DNA of 38,422 bases, from positions 1-38,422 of IMG/VR virus record IMGVR_UViG_3300044820_000057. The stretch is one strand, 5' to 3'. The notes beneath the pieces are model-generated. The model saw nothing but the letters and a program-made list of their open reading frames with translations, did no database searches and was not told the DNA's origin. A program made the position numbers and the translations under genes. Below, in pieces: positions 1-9,656 of the stretch; within the stretch, counting starts at the first letter, position 1, and each line of letters starts with the position of its first letter. This DNA comes from a virus. Its lineage: Duplodnaviria > Caudoviricetes.

Positions 1-2
1 CT

Positions 3-752
3 GAGGGCCGCGCGGGCCCCGATGTCCTAGTATCTGACGAGGCATTGCCCAACATGAAACGCCCCAAGTTTGTCGCTGCCCTTGCCGCCCTGTTTGGCTC
101 CACGCTGCCGCCGGAAAAGCTGGTGGCACTTGACGCTGCCATGGAAGAGGAAATGAAGGGCGACACCGCCGAGGAAGTGAAGGCGGAGGATGAAGAGTTG
201 AAGGCCGCCGATGCGTCCCTCAGCGACGAGGAAAAGAAAGAGGCCCGGGATTGCGCCATGAAGGACATGGGCAAGGACTCGTTGACCGACGAGGAAGAGG
301 CCGAAGCCTACAAGCGCGCCGCCAAGGACAAGCGCGCGCGTGACGAGGCGCCGAAGGGCCCCGAGGGCGGCGCACCGAAGCCGGCCCAGGATGCGGCCAT
401 CGCGGCGGCCGTCGCTGCCGCCACCAAGGACATGATCCCGCGCGCGGAGGCCACGAAGCTGGCCGCCGACGCGGCCGCCGCGGCGCGCGCCGACGCGCTG
501 GCGCTGGTCACCGCCCGCGAGGCCGTGGCCGCCAAATGCGGCGTGGTCGCGCTCGACAGCGCCGAAGCGGTCTACCGTTTCGCGCTCGACGCGGCCAAGA
601 TCCCCCACAAGGACGTGCCCGCCACGGCGCTTGCTGCGCTGTACGCGGCCACGGTCAACCTGACGATTGCCACGGACGCTGCTGCCCCTGCGGCGAAGGC
701 GGACGTGCGCGACCTGTTCCCCGGACTGTCACTCATCACCCGCCGAGGCTAG
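3..752 (+). CDS. DUF2213-type prohead protease/scaffold, 5'-truncated
   Basis: Frame is open from the window edge and reads [12 protein letters not shown], the GRAG motif at the end of the DUF2213 protease domain. An acidic/Ala-rich scaffold-like region follows. Lies upstream of the decoration and capsid genes. Confidence 0.8.
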   Translation, partial: EGRAGPDVLVSDEALPNMKRPKFVAALAALFGSTLPPEKLVALDAAMEEEMKGDTAEEVKAEDEELKAADASLSDEEKKEARDCAMKDMGKDSLTDEEEAEAYKRAAKDKRARDEAPKGPEGGAPKPAQDAAIAAAVAAATKDMIPRAEATKLAADAAAAARADALALVTAREAVAAKCGVVALDSAEAVYRFALDAAKIPHKDVPATALAALYAATVNLTIATDAAAPAAKADVRDLFPGLSLITRRG

Positions 753-756
753 GCCC

Positions 757-1683
757 ATGAGCATTTCCCGCAACGGTTTCCAGACCTTCGTCAACCAGCA
801 GCCCCCGCCGGCCGTCGTTGGCGATTTCGCCAGCATGAACCCGCGCACGACCGTGGACGCTGGCCCGGGCGCACTCCTGGCCGACTCCGCGGCGCCTGTC
901 GTCGTCGGTAATTTCGCGTGGGCCGTGAACGGCATCGCCAAGGGCCTGAAGGCCGTGGGCGCTGCCGTCGGCTTCGTGGCCAACGAACTGCAGACCGTCA
1001 TCACCGACTACCTGGGCCAGTCGCGCCTTGTGGTGCAGGCCGGCTTCCCGGTCACGCTGTACAGCCGCGGCGACTTCTGGGCGTTCGTCCAGGGTGGCGT
1101 GGTCAACGTCGGGGACACCATCTACGCTGACCGCGACACCGGCGCGCCGACCGTCACCAGCGGGGCCTTTTCGGCCACGGCTGTCCAGACCGGCGCCAGC
1201 ACGACCATGACCGTGTCGGCCGTCACGGCCGGCAAGTTGGAAGTGGGCGACGTGATCGCGGGCACCGGCGTGGATGCCGGCCTGACCATCGTGGCGCAGC
1301 TGACCGGCACCCCGGGCGGCGCGGGCACGTACACCGTGTCCACCAACACGGGTTTCACGTCCACCACCATTACGTCCACGTCCGGCGTGACGGACACCGG
1401 CTACAAGGCCGCCACGGCGCTGGCCGCGGACACCACGGCCATCAACTGTTCGTTGGCCGCCAACACCGGCGTGCTGACCGTGGGCACCGTCACGGGCTCC
1501 GTGCAGATCGGCGCCAACGTGTCGGGCACGGGCGTCCCGGCCAACCTGTTCATTCTCGCGCAGCTGACCGGCACGCCCGGCGCGGCGGGCACCTACCAGG
1601 TGAACACGATTGGCCCGGCCGTGACCACGTTTACGGGCACGTTCACCGTCGGCAAGCTGGTCAAGATCGGCCGGCCCCTGTAA
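757..1683 (+). CDS. Head decoration/cement protein with inserted Thr/Gly-rich repeated beta domains
   Basis: ATG at 757. Motifs [30 protein letters not shown]; two copies of [26 protein letters not shown]; directly upstream of the major capsid gene. Confidence 0.75.
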   Translation: MSISRNGFQTFVNQQPPPAVVGDFASMNPRTTVDAGPGALLADSAAPVVVGNFAWAVNGIAKGLKAVGAAVGFVANELQTVITDYLGQSRLVVQAGFPVTLYSRGDFWAFVQGGVVNVGDTIYADRDTGAPTVTSGAFSATAVQTGASTTMTVSAVTAGKLEVGDVIAGTGVDAGLTIVAQLTGTPGGAGTYTVSTNTGFTSTTITSTSGVTDTGYKAATALAADTTAINCSLAANTGVLTVGTVTGSVQIGANVSGTGVPANLFILAQLTGTPGAAGTYQVNTIGPAVTTFTGTFTVGKLVKIGRPL

Positions 1684-1728
1684 CCCTTTTCCGCAACCTG
1701 ACCCCCAGACAATCGAAGGTATACGCAC

Positions 1729-2829
1729 ATGATTCGCAACCTCGCAATGGATGCGGCCAAGATCCGCGACGCTGTCAAGGCCGGCCAGTCGGCCGACATC
1801 CTGCGCCAGCTGGCCAGCTACGGCGTGACCTTTGATGCCCGCCTGGGGAAGATTGGGTTTCTGACCCAGCCGGCCCAGGACACGGAAGTGACGCTGGCCG
1901 CCGATGGCAGTTACGCGTGCGACGCGCAGACGGAACTGGTCACCGTCAGCAATGCCGGCATCCCAGCGTGGCTGACGAACTACTTTGACCCGCGGGTCAT
2001 CCAGATCCTGACCTCCCCGATGCGCGCCACGGAAATCGTGGGCAGCGAGGAAAAGAAGGGCGACTGGACGACGACCTACGCCACCTTCCTGTCCGTGGAA
2101 CTGACCGGCGAAGTGTCCAGCTATGGGGACTTCAACAACAACGGCCAGGCCAACGCCAACATCAATTTCCCCCAGCGCCAGAGCTACCTGTACCAGGTGT
2201 TCACGAACTGGGGCGAACTGCAGATGGCCCGCGCTGGCAACGCCCGCGTGGACTGGGCCAACAAGGTCAACGAGGCGTCCATTCTGGTGCTCAACAAGTA
2301 CCAGAACGCCACGTACTTTTTCGGCGTCGCCGGGCTGCTCAACTACGGTCTGCTCAACGACCCCGCGCTGTACCCCTCCATCGCGGCCACGGCCCCGTGG
2401 AATGCGTCCAGCACGACCGGGGACCAGGTGTACGAGGACATCCGCCGGCTGTACGTGCAGGCGCAGCTGCAGTCCAATGGCGTCATCGACACCGACCAGC
2501 CCTGCACGCTGGCCATGTCGCCCGTGCTGTCCGTCGCGCTCAACAAGACGAACCAGTACAACGTCAACGTGGCCGACCAGCTGAAAAAGAACTTCCCGGG
2601 CCTCGAAGTCAAAACGGCCGTGGAGTACGAGACGGCCAGCGGCCAGCTGGTGCAGCTGATTTTCAAGGACGTGCAGGGCCAGCCGACGGCCACGACGGCC
2701 TTTACCGAAAAGATGCGCGCGCACGCGGTCATCCCGGGCCCGTCCTCGTGGTCGCAGAAGAAGAGCCAGGGCACGTTCGGAACGGTCATCTACCAGCCGT
2801 TCGCCATCGCCTCCATGATCGGCGCGTGA
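1729..2829 (+). CDS. Major capsid protein (DUF2184 family, HK97 fold)
   Basis: 366 aa with motifs NAGIPAWLTNYFDP, KKGDWT, RQSYLYQ..WGELQ, NYGLLNDP, FTEKMRAH; GAAGG upstream; expected position in the head module. Confidence 0.9.
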   Translation: MIRNLAMDAAKIRDAVKAGQSADILRQLASYGVTFDARLGKIGFLTQPAQDTEVTLAADGSYACDAQTELVTVSNAGIPAWLTNYFDPRVIQILTSPMRATEIVGSEEKKGDWTTTYATFLSVELTGEVSSYGDFNNNGQANANINFPQRQSYLYQVFTNWGELQMARAGNARVDWANKVNEASILVLNKYQNATYFFGVAGLLNYGLLNDPALYPSIAATAPWNASSTTGDQVYEDIRRLYVQAQLQSNGVIDTDQPCTLAMSPVLSVALNKTNQYNVNVADQLKKNFPGLEVKTAVEYETASGQLVQLIFKDVQGQPTATTAFTEKMRAHAVIPGPSSWSQKKSQGTFGTVIYQPFAIASMIGA

Positions 2830-3272
2830 TCCTAGAAGGCAGTTTTGCCAACGCAAACCCCCGCGCGGTCATCCTCGCGGGGGTTTCGTCTTTTCGGGCC
2901 GCATCCCCGGACGGCTTGGCGGTTGGGGTGTTCGGCTGGGCGGATCCAGACACCGGGTACGCGGCCAACGAGCGCACCGGCGACCAGCAGCTGCTGGGGT
3001 TCGTGCTCCCCGTGTGGGAAGGCAGCTACCCAGTCTTTCGCCCCTACGGCCGCCGCGCGTACGTGCGGCCGGGGTACCAGGTGACCTTGTGCAGCGGCGG
3101 GGACTTCTGGGCGAAGTTTGACGCGGGCGCGGAAGTGGGCGCCCCGGTCTATGCCTCCATTGTGGACGGCTCCGCCATATCGGGGTACGCTGCAGATGCT
3201 GAATTGACGCGCTGGACAGTCGCAACCCCTGCGGCGCCCGGCGAGTTAGCCATCATCACATCTTACCGATAG
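2826..3272 (+). CDS. Second, short paralogue of the head decoration protein
   Basis: GTG start overlaps the capsid stop (GTGA). GSFANANPR/GVFGWA/GFV/VTLCSGGDFWA align with [29 protein letters not shown] of 757..1683. Confidence 0.7.
   Translation: MILEGSFANANPRAVILAGVSSFRAASPDGLAVGVFGWADPDTGYAANERTGDQQLLGFVLPVWEGSYPVFRPYGRRAYVRPGYQVTLCSGGDFWAKFDAGAEVGAPVYASIVDGSAISGYAADAELTRWTVATPAAPGELAIITSYR
2855..2895 (+). terminator. Candidate intrinsic terminator downstream of the major capsid gene
   Basis: Perfect 11-bp stem AAACCCCCGCG / CGCGGGGGTTT with a 10-nt loop, followed by CGTCTTTT, about 25 nt after the capsid stop. Confidence 0.55.
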
Positions 3273-3282
3273 GACACCGCAC

Positions 3283-3675
3283 ATGACCGACACCGTGACA
3301 GTAGGCTGCAAACTCCCCAACGGGCTGATTTGCGAGATGGGCAAGGCCGGCGCCGAAAACTATAAGCGCGTCGTGCTCAAGGGCGCCAATGACTCCAAGG
3401 TCATCGGTGGTTTTGGCATGACCCAGGTTGACGGCGAATTTATGGCCGCGTGGCTCAAGAAATACGCGTGGCTGCCGGCCGTCAAGAATGGTCTGGTCTT
3501 CCTGCAGTCCGATATGGACAGCGCCAGCGCCCAGGCGCTTGACCATGCCGACCAGCGCAGCGGGCTGGAGCGGCTTGACCCGGAGGCTGCGCCCAAGGGC
3601 ATTGAAGCCGACCCGGACCACCTGCGGCAGGTGCGCCGCGAGGCCCCGAAGCTTGCCGACCGGAGCGCCGCCTAA
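3283..3675 (+). CDS. Conserved phage head-module protein
   Basis: AGGA RBS; VGCKLPNGL and GAN..GGFGMT.VD.EF..WL motifs, which I recall from the gene after the capsid in this phage type. Confidence 0.7.
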   Translation: MTDTVTVGCKLPNGLICEMGKAGAENYKRVVLKGANDSKVIGGFGMTQVDGEFMAAWLKKYAWLPAVKNGLVFLQSDMDSASAQALDHADQRSGLERLDPEAAPKGIEADPDHLRQVRREAPKLADRSAA

Positions 3676-4182
3676 ATGGCCATAGTGCCCTGCCCGCCAT
3701 CAACGCCCGTTCCCACGGGGGTGGTGCAGTTCGTCCCCGCCGATTTCAAGGCGGCTTTTCCCGAATTCGCCACCGTGGCGGACGGGGCACTGTCCATGAA
3801 TTTCGACCTTGCCACGCTGCAGCTGGCCAATACGTGCCGCAGCCTCGTGTGCAACGCCCAGACCCGTGAAACCCTGCTCAACCTCCTGACGGCCCATATC
3901 ACGGCCCTGCGCAACGGCCAGAACGGCCAGCCCCCGCCGGGCATCGTGGGCCGCGTCAGCGACGCCACGGAGGGTTCCGTGGCCGTCAGCGCCGACATGG
4001 GGACGGTGGTTTACGGGCAAGCGTACTACCTCCAAACGCAGTGGGGCGCCCTGTACTGGCAGTCCACGGCCCGTTTCCGGACGATGCGCTACGTGCCCCC
4101 ACCGCCGACCTGTGCCGACCTTCCCAACGGCCTGGCGGTGCCGGGCTTCCCCAATTGGCCGGGCGGCCCCGGATGCTGCTGA
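3676..4182 (+). CDS. Head-tail adaptor (DUF4054 family)
   Basis: FKAAFPEF, LLNLLTAHI, VGRVSDATEGSVAVS and QTQWGALYWQ motifs. Confidence 0.85.
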   Translation: MAIVPCPPSTPVPTGVVQFVPADFKAAFPEFATVADGALSMNFDLATLQLANTCRSLVCNAQTRETLLNLLTAHITALRNGQNGQPPPGIVGRVSDATEGSVAVSADMGTVVYGQAYYLQTQWGALYWQSTARFRTMRYVPPPPTCADLPNGLAVPGFPNWPGGPGCC

Positions 4183-4183
4183 C

Positions 4184-4681
4184 ATGGCCCAGCGTATCGT
4201 CAGCATCGAAGGCGGCGACAAGCTGAAGCGCCACCTGGCCGCCATTGCGGCCAAGCTGTCCACCGCGGGCGCTGTCAAGGTGGGCTTTTTCAAGGGCGCC
4301 ACCTATCCCGCCGACGCCAAGAAAAACCGCAAGGGCGGTTTGCCTGTCGCGCAGGTGGCCTTCTGGAATGAGTTCGGGACATCGCGCGCGCCACCCCGCC
4401 CATTCTTTCGGGGCATGATCGCCAAGAATTCCCCGCAGTGGGGCGAACAGATGGCGACCGTGGCCAAGGCCAATGAATACGATGCAACCGCCACGCTCAA
4501 CCTGATGGGCGAAGGCATCAAAGACCAGCTGGTGAAGTCCATCAACGATTTCCAAGACCCGGGGCTGGCGCCCTCCACCATCGCGCGCAAGGGCTTTTCC
4601 AAGCCCCTGATTGACACGGCCGTGATGATCCGCCACGTGGGTTACGAAGTGACCACCGAGGACGCGGAGGGCGAAGCATGA
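4184..4681 (+). CDS. Neck/tail-completion protein
   Basis: ATG at 4184; VKVGF..ATYP, VAFWNEFGT..PPRPFFR, LAPSTIARKG.SKPLIDT motifs. Confidence 0.8.
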   Translation: MAQRIVSIEGGDKLKRHLAAIAAKLSTAGAVKVGFFKGATYPADAKKNRKGGLPVAQVAFWNEFGTSRAPPRPFFRGMIAKNSPQWGEQMATVAKANEYDATATLNLMGEGIKDQLVKSINDFQDPGLAPSTIARKGFSKPLIDTAVMIRHVGYEVTTEDAEGEA

Positions 4682-5088
4682 GCATGAATTTGCACGCCAT
4701 CGTGCGCGGCGCCATCAACACGGTGAACCCGGACCAGACCGTGGTGTTGCGCGCGTCCACGGGCTACACCACCAACGCGGCCGGCAAGCGCACGCCCACG
4801 TACGCGGCGGATGCTACCGTGGCCGCCCAGGTGCAGGCCCTGAGCGGCCGCGACCTGCAGCACCCGGACTTTTTGAACGTGCAGGGCATCAAGCGCGCCG
4901 TGTACCTTTACGGCGACGTGCAGGGCGTCGTGCGACCCAATGCCAAGGGCGGGGACTTGCTGGTGTTCCCGCAAGACCTGGGCGGCACGGCTCAGCTGTG
5001 GCTGGTGGTCGCGGTGCTGGAGACGTGGAACCCGGACGCCACGGGGTGGTGCAAAGTGGGCGTCGTGCTGCAGGATGACGCGCCATGA
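4678..5088 (+). CDS. Head closure/head-tail joining protein
   Basis: MNLHAIVRGAI..VNP, QVQALS..DL, KGGDLL, WLVVAVLETW motifs; ATGA coupling on both sides. Confidence 0.75.
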   Translation: MSMNLHAIVRGAINTVNPDQTVVLRASTGYTTNAAGKRTPTYAADATVAAQVQALSGRDLQHPDFLNVQGIKRAVYLYGDVQGVVRPNAKGGDLLVFPQDLGGTAQLWLVVAVLETWNPDATGWCKVGVVLQDDAP

Positions 5089-5615
5089 GCATCCCCAGCG
5101 CGCCGGTGCTAGATGCGGTGTTCACCAAGCTGGCGGCCTTCCTGGCCACCATCGTGCCCACCGGGACCGAAATCGTGCAGGGCCTGGGCAACCGCGTGCC
5201 CATGCCGGTGGGCCCGTTCATCGCCATGACGCCCATCTTGCAGACCCGACTGGACACCAATCAGGACACGTACGCTGATCCCTACCCCACCCCGGGCGGC
5301 GCGCGCAGCGTCCAGCAGAATATCCGGCTGCAGGTGCAACTGGACTGCTATGGGCCGGACGCGGGCGACTGGGCCACGACCATCAGCACCTTGCTGCGGG
5401 ATGACTACGGCGTGGACGCGCTGGCGCCCGACGCGGCGCCCCTGTACGTGGAAGACCCCCGGCAGGTGCCGTTCATCAGCGGGGAGGAACAGTACGTTAC
5501 GCGGTGGACCGTGGGCGCCATCTTGCAGTACAATCCGGTAACGGCACTCCCGCAAGACTTTGCGGCCGCTGCCGTCGTGGACTTAATCAACGTTGACGAG
5601 GCATACCCGCCATGA
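5085..5615 (+). CDS. Tail terminator/neck protein
   Basis: NRVPMP, VQLDCYGP, PLY, EEQYVTRW, LQYNP motifs; directly before the sheath gene. Confidence 0.7.
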   Translation: MSIPSAPVLDAVFTKLAAFLATIVPTGTEIVQGLGNRVPMPVGPFIAMTPILQTRLDTNQDTYADPYPTPGGARSVQQNIRLQVQLDCYGPDAGDWATTISTLLRDDYGVDALAPDAAPLYVEDPRQVPFISGEEQYVTRWTVGAILQYNPVTALPQDFAAAAVVDLINVDEAYPP

Positions 5616-7114
5616 CCCAATCCATTCCCGCCAGTCAGCTGGTCAATGTCATTCCGGGCGTGCTGGGCGCCGGTGGCAACCCGCTGTCCCTCAACAGCGT
5701 GTTTCTGACGCAGGATACGTCAATCCCCGTCGGCACCGTGAAGGCGTTTGCCACCCTCGCTGACGTGCAGGCATGGTTTGGCGCGAACTCCGCAGAAGCC
5801 ACCCTGGCCGCGGTGTATTTCGCCGGCTTCAGCAACGCCACCGTACTGCCCTCCGTGCTGTATTTCGCGCAGTACAACGTGGGTGCCGTTGCGGGCTACC
5901 TGCGCGGTGGCAGCCTCGCGGGCGTGCCGCTGGCCACCATCCAGGGCCTTGCGGGCACCATAACGGTGGTCATCGATGGCGTCAGCCACGTGTCCAACGC
6001 CATTGACCTGTCCACGGCCACCAGCTTCAGCAACGCGGCCGCGCTCATCCAGACGGCCCTGCAGGCCGGCACGCCCACGACCACGGCCACGGTCACGTAT
6101 GACGCGCTCCGCAAAGCGTTCGTCATCACGTCGGCCACGACCGGCGCCAGCAGCACGCTGGCCTTCCCGACTACCAATAGCCTGACCACGGGGCTGAAGC
6201 TGACGGCCGCCACGGGTGCCATCGTTGCCCCGGGCGCGGTGGCCGGCAGCCCCGCCAGCATCCTGGGTGGCGTCGTGACGCAGACCCAAAACTGGGCCAT
6301 GTTTATGACCGTGTGGGAACCGGACCTGACCACCAAAGAAGCTTTTGCCGCGTGGGTGCAGACCATCAACCAGCGGTATACATACGTGGCGTGGGATTCG
6401 GACGTGACGCCCAAAGCGGGCGATGCGCCGGCTTCGTTCGGTGCCGTCGTCAAGGCGGCCAACGATAATGGCGTGTTCGTCATTTGGGACACCACGGGCG
6501 CCAAAGCGGCTTTCGTGTGCGGCACCACGGCGTCAATCGACTTCACGGCCGCCGAGGGCCGCATCACGTACGCATTTAAGGGCCAGCCGGGCCTGACCGC
6601 GGACGTATACGATGCGACCACGGCCAACAACCTGTTGGCCAACGGATACAACTTTTACGGCGCGTACGCCACGGCGAATGACCAATTCGTCAATCTGCAG
6701 AATGGGCAGATTGCGGGTCAGTGGAAGTGGCTGGACCCCTACGTCAACCAGATTTGGCTGAACAACGCGCTTCAGCTGGCGTTCATGTCTTTCCTGACGC
6801 AAGCCAAGTCCGTGCCGTACAACGCGCAGGGCTATAGCCTGCTGCGCGCCGTCGCGCTCGACCCGATCAATGCCGCCCTCAACTTCGGCGCCATCCGCCC
6901 GGGCGTGGCCCTGAGCGCGACGCAGGCCGCGGAAGTCAACAGCGCGGCCGGTGTGCCGATTGCCGACACGCTGGAGCAGATTGGGTGGTACCTGCAGATC
7001 CTGCCGGCCTCCGCCCTGACGCGCGCCGCGCGCGGTTCGCCTCCCATGACCCTCTGGTATACGGACGGCGGCAGCATCCAGAAGATCAACCTGGCCTCCA
7101 TCGACATCGAGTAA
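5612..7114 (+). CDS. Contractile tail sheath protein (DUF3383)
   Basis: 500 aa; SIPASQLVNVIPGVL start, QNWAMF, GRITYAFK, NGYNFYG, WLDPYVNQIWLN, WYTDGGSIQKINLAS. Confidence 0.9.
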   Translation: MTQSIPASQLVNVIPGVLGAGGNPLSLNSVFLTQDTSIPVGTVKAFATLADVQAWFGANSAEATLAAVYFAGFSNATVLPSVLYFAQYNVGAVAGYLRGGSLAGVPLATIQGLAGTITVVIDGVSHVSNAIDLSTATSFSNAAALIQTALQAGTPTTTATVTYDALRKAFVITSATTGASSTLAFPTTNSLTTGLKLTAATGAIVAPGAVAGSPASILGGVVTQTQNWAMFMTVWEPDLTTKEAFAAWVQTINQRYTYVAWDSDVTPKAGDAPASFGAVVKAANDNGVFVIWDTTGAKAAFVCGTTASIDFTAAEGRITYAFKGQPGLTADVYDATTANNLLANGYNFYGAYATANDQFVNLQNGQIAGQWKWLDPYVNQIWLNNALQLAFMSFLTQAKSVPYNAQGYSLLRAVALDPINAALNFGAIRPGVALSATQAAEVNSAAGVPIADTLEQIGWYLQILPASALTRAARGSPPMTLWYTDGGSIQKINLASIDIE

Positions 7115-7120
7115 CCCCAC

Positions 7121-7570
7121 ATGGCACTCAAGACAATTACGGCGGCCAACGCCAAGTTTTCCATCGTCGTGCCGGCGCTCGCGCTGGGGCCCTTCACGCT
7201 GCAGGGCTACTCCGCGGACGCGGCTTTTGCCGTGGACCCCGTGGACGTTGCCGAGACGTTCATGGGCGTGGACGGCAAGATGACGGGCGGCTATATCCCC
7301 TTCATTACCCCCATGACCATCACGCTGATGGCCGACAGCGAAAGCAAAGCATTCTTTGATGCCTGGCTGGGCGGCGAAAAGGCCATTCGTGAACTGGCCT
7401 ACGCGGACGCCACCATCGACCTGGCCAGCATCGGGCTTTCGTACATCTGCACGCGCGGCGCCCTCAAGCGGGTGTCGCAGGTGCCGATTGCGCAGAAGGT
7501 GCTGCAGCCGGTGGTCTATTCGATTGACTGGCAGGACGTGCAGCCGGTGCCCCTCATCGGGCTGACCTGA
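7121..7570 (+). CDS. Tail tube protein
   Basis: 149 aa after the sheath gene; TITAANA, LQGYSAD, MGVDGKMTGG, ITLMADS motifs. Confidence 0.85.
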   Translation: MALKTITAANAKFSIVVPALALGPFTLQGYSADAAFAVDPVDVAETFMGVDGKMTGGYIPFITPMTITLMADSESKAFFDAWLGGEKAIRELAYADATIDLASIGLSYICTRGALKRVSQVPIAQKVLQPVVYSIDWQDVQPVPLIGLT

Positions 7571-7574
7571 CGCC

Positions 7575-8042
7575 ATGGCGCGGCGCACGCTGGTTTACAC
7601 GGTGCAGGACGAAGGCCGCGACAAGGGCAAGTCCTTTCTCGTCACCGAAATGTCCGCCGACCGCGCGGAGCGCTGGGCCACGCAGGCGCTGCTGGCCCTG
7701 GCCAATGCCGGCACCAAGCTGCCGGATGGCGTGGCGGACGCGGGCATGGCCGGCGTGGCCTCCATGGCGGCCATTTTCGTGCTGTCCCTGCGCACCCTGC
7801 AGGGCCTGACGTACCAGGCCGTGGCGCCCCTGCTGGACGAAATGATGGAATGCGTGCAGTTCGTCCCGGGCCCGGGCATTCCCCCGCAAAAGCTGTTTGT
7901 GGGGGAAAACTGCCAAATTGAGGAAGTCCGCACCCGGCTGTCCCTGCGCGCGCAGGTGCTGCAGGTACACACGGATTTTTCGCTGGCCGGCGTGCTGTCG
8001 AGTTTCCGCCAACCTTCGGCGGATCCCGGCCCGTCGGCCTAG
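7575..8042 (+). CDS. Tail assembly chaperone (G-like)
   Basis: GRDKGKSF..TEMSA..AERWA, PLLDEMM.CV and IEEV.T..LR motifs; between tube and tape measure genes. Confidence 0.8.
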   Translation: MARRTLVYTVQDEGRDKGKSFLVTEMSADRAERWATQALLALANAGTKLPDGVADAGMAGVASMAAIFVLSLRTLQGLTYQAVAPLLDEMMECVQFVPGPGIPPQKLFVGENCQIEEVRTRLSLRAQVLQVHTDFSLAGVLSSFRQPSADPGPSA

Positions 8043-8212
8043 TCCAATACGTCAACCTGCCCCGGCTCATTGGTACGCTGGTGTCCAGCCGGCTGGCCAC
8101 GCTGACGGAACTGCAAACCGTCTACGGCGTGCAGGATGCGTATGACTTGCTGGAAATCCTGAGCGTGGACGCACACAATGAGACGGTAGCCCGGGCCCAG
8201 GAAGCGCATTGA
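7979..8212 (+). CDS. Tail assembly chaperone T-segment, probably expressed by a -1 frameshift
   Basis: The -1 frame is open from 7922 to 8212 and encodes ..YVNLPRLIGTLVSSRLATLTELQTVYGVQDAYDLLEILSVDAHN. There is no start codon before the conserved part, and GGATTTTT lies at 7973-7980. Confidence 0.7.
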   Translation, partial: FAGRRAVEFPPTFGGSRPVGLVQYVNLPRLIGTLVSSRLATLTELQTVYGVQDAYDLLEILSVDAHNETVARAQEAH

Positions 8213-8213
8213 C

Positions 8214-9656
8214 ATGGCCACCGTAATTGACACCCTGATTGTCAAATTGGGGCTGGACCCTTCTAGTTTCACCAAAGGTGAAAAGGAAGTTGCGGCCCAG
8301 GTACTGAAGACCAAAAACGCGGTCAATTCCGCGAATGACGGTATGGCCGCGGGCTTTGCGTCCATGGCCAAGAAATTCCTGGGCTGGGCGTCCGTCATTA
8401 TCGCCCTCAAGAAATTGATTAGCGCCGCGGCCGACCTAAACGCGGAAACGCGCCAGCTGGGCATTGACTCCAAGAATTTTGGCCTCGCGGCCAACCAGCT
8501 GCGCAATTTCCAGAACGCGGCCGAAATGATGGGCGGCAAGGCCGAGGACGTGACGGCCAGCGTGGAGGGGTTGCAGAAGGCCGTCTATGACCTGACCGTC
8601 ATGGGCCAGAGCAGCGCGCAGCTGGAAATGCTGACGCGCCTGGGCGTGCAGTTCCAAGACGCCACGGGGCACGCGCGAAGCTTCCACGACATCGTACTGG
8701 ACACGGCCGACGCGCTGGAGCGCGCGCAAAAGAATGGCACCCTTAACCGGACGGAAGCCTATTTTGCGGCGAAACAATCGGGCTTTGACGAGGGCACCGC
8801 GCAGCTGATCCTGTCGGGCCGCAAGAACGCGGAAGCCGAACTGGCCCGCCAGGAAGCGCGCCGGCAGGTGAACGGGGAAGACATCGCCAGCGCCACCAAG
8901 GTGGAGCAGCTGAAGACTGGCGCGGAACAGGAAGTGAAGGCGCGCGGCATCGGCGTGGAAACGGCCACCGTGGGCACCGTCAGCCAAGCCATTGAAAACG
9001 TCGGGGACATGGCAGAAAAGGCATCCAGCAAGCTGGCCGATTTCGCGGAAGCCATCCGCGACCACGTCATCAGGCCCCTAGAAGACCTCCGCCCCACGCG
9101 CGGGATCCGCAACAACAACCCCGGAAATTTGAAGTTTGCGGGGCAGGCCGGCGCTCACCAGGGGGATGACGGCTTTGCGGTGTTCAACAGCATGGAAGAA
9201 GGCGTGGCCGCCAGCAAACACCAGCTGCAGCTATACGCGGACCGGGGCATCAACACGGTGCAGTCCATCATTGAAAACTGGGCGCCCAAGAAAGACCACA
9301 ACGACACGGTGGCGTATGCCTATGACGTGGCCCAGCGCGCGGGGGTAAAGAGCACCGCGGAGCTAACCGCGGAACAGCGCGACCGAGTGCTGCAGGCCAT
9401 GTTCATCCACGAGTCCGGCAAGGGCGCCGCGGGCCTTGTCGCCCAGCCGCGCCTAACGGTCCCCCTGGCCCAGGCGATGGCAGGGGCGGCGGTCCCCACC
9501 CCCTCTGTCAATCGCCCGACAGGCAACACCACCGTCAACGTGGGGCCCGTCACCGTGGTGACCCAAGCCACGGACGCCAACGGCATTGCCAAGGACATGG
9601 ACGGCGCGGTTAAGCGTAAGATGCAGGCCGCCCAAGCGGAAACCGGACAGCGCTGA
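8214..9656 (+). CDS. Tape measure protein with C-terminal lysozyme-like domain
   Basis: MATVIDTLIVKLGLD start, helical Ala-rich body, then RGIRNNNPGNL..FAVF..WAP..NDT..Y..HESG. Confidence 0.85.
   Translation: MATVIDTLIVKLGLDPSSFTKGEKEVAAQVLKTKNAVNSANDGMAAGFASMAKKFLGWASVIIALKKLISAAADLNAETRQLGIDSKNFGLAANQLRNFQNAAEMMGGKAEDVTASVEGLQKAVYDLTVMGQSSAQLEMLTRLGVQFQDATGHARSFHDIVLDTADALERAQKNGTLNRTEAYFAAKQSGFDEGTAQLILSGRKNAEAELARQEARRQVNGEDIASATKVEQLKTGAEQEVKARGIGVETATVGTVSQAIENVGDMAEKASSKLADFAEAIRDHVIRPLEDLRPTRGIRNNNPGNLKFAGQAGAHQGDDGFAVFNSMEEGVAASKHQLQLYADRGINTVQSIIENWAPKKDHNDTVAYAYDVAQRAGVKSTAELTAEQRDRVLQAMFIHESGKGAAGLVAQPRLTVPLAQAMAGAAVPTPSVNRPTGNTTVNVGPVTVVTQATDANGIAKDMDGAVKRKMQAAQAETGQR

Noticed and set aside
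2397-2825. Upstream extension of the ORF ending at 3272
   Set aside because: Out-of-frame overlap with the capsid gene; similarity to the decoration protein begins only at GTG 2826.
736-2856. 706-aa minus-strand ORF and many other long antisense ORFs (e.g. 6533..7588, 9320..10516, 31237..32697)
   Set aside because: They mirror well-supported genes on the opposite strand, have no recognisable motifs, and are expected from high-GC codon bias.
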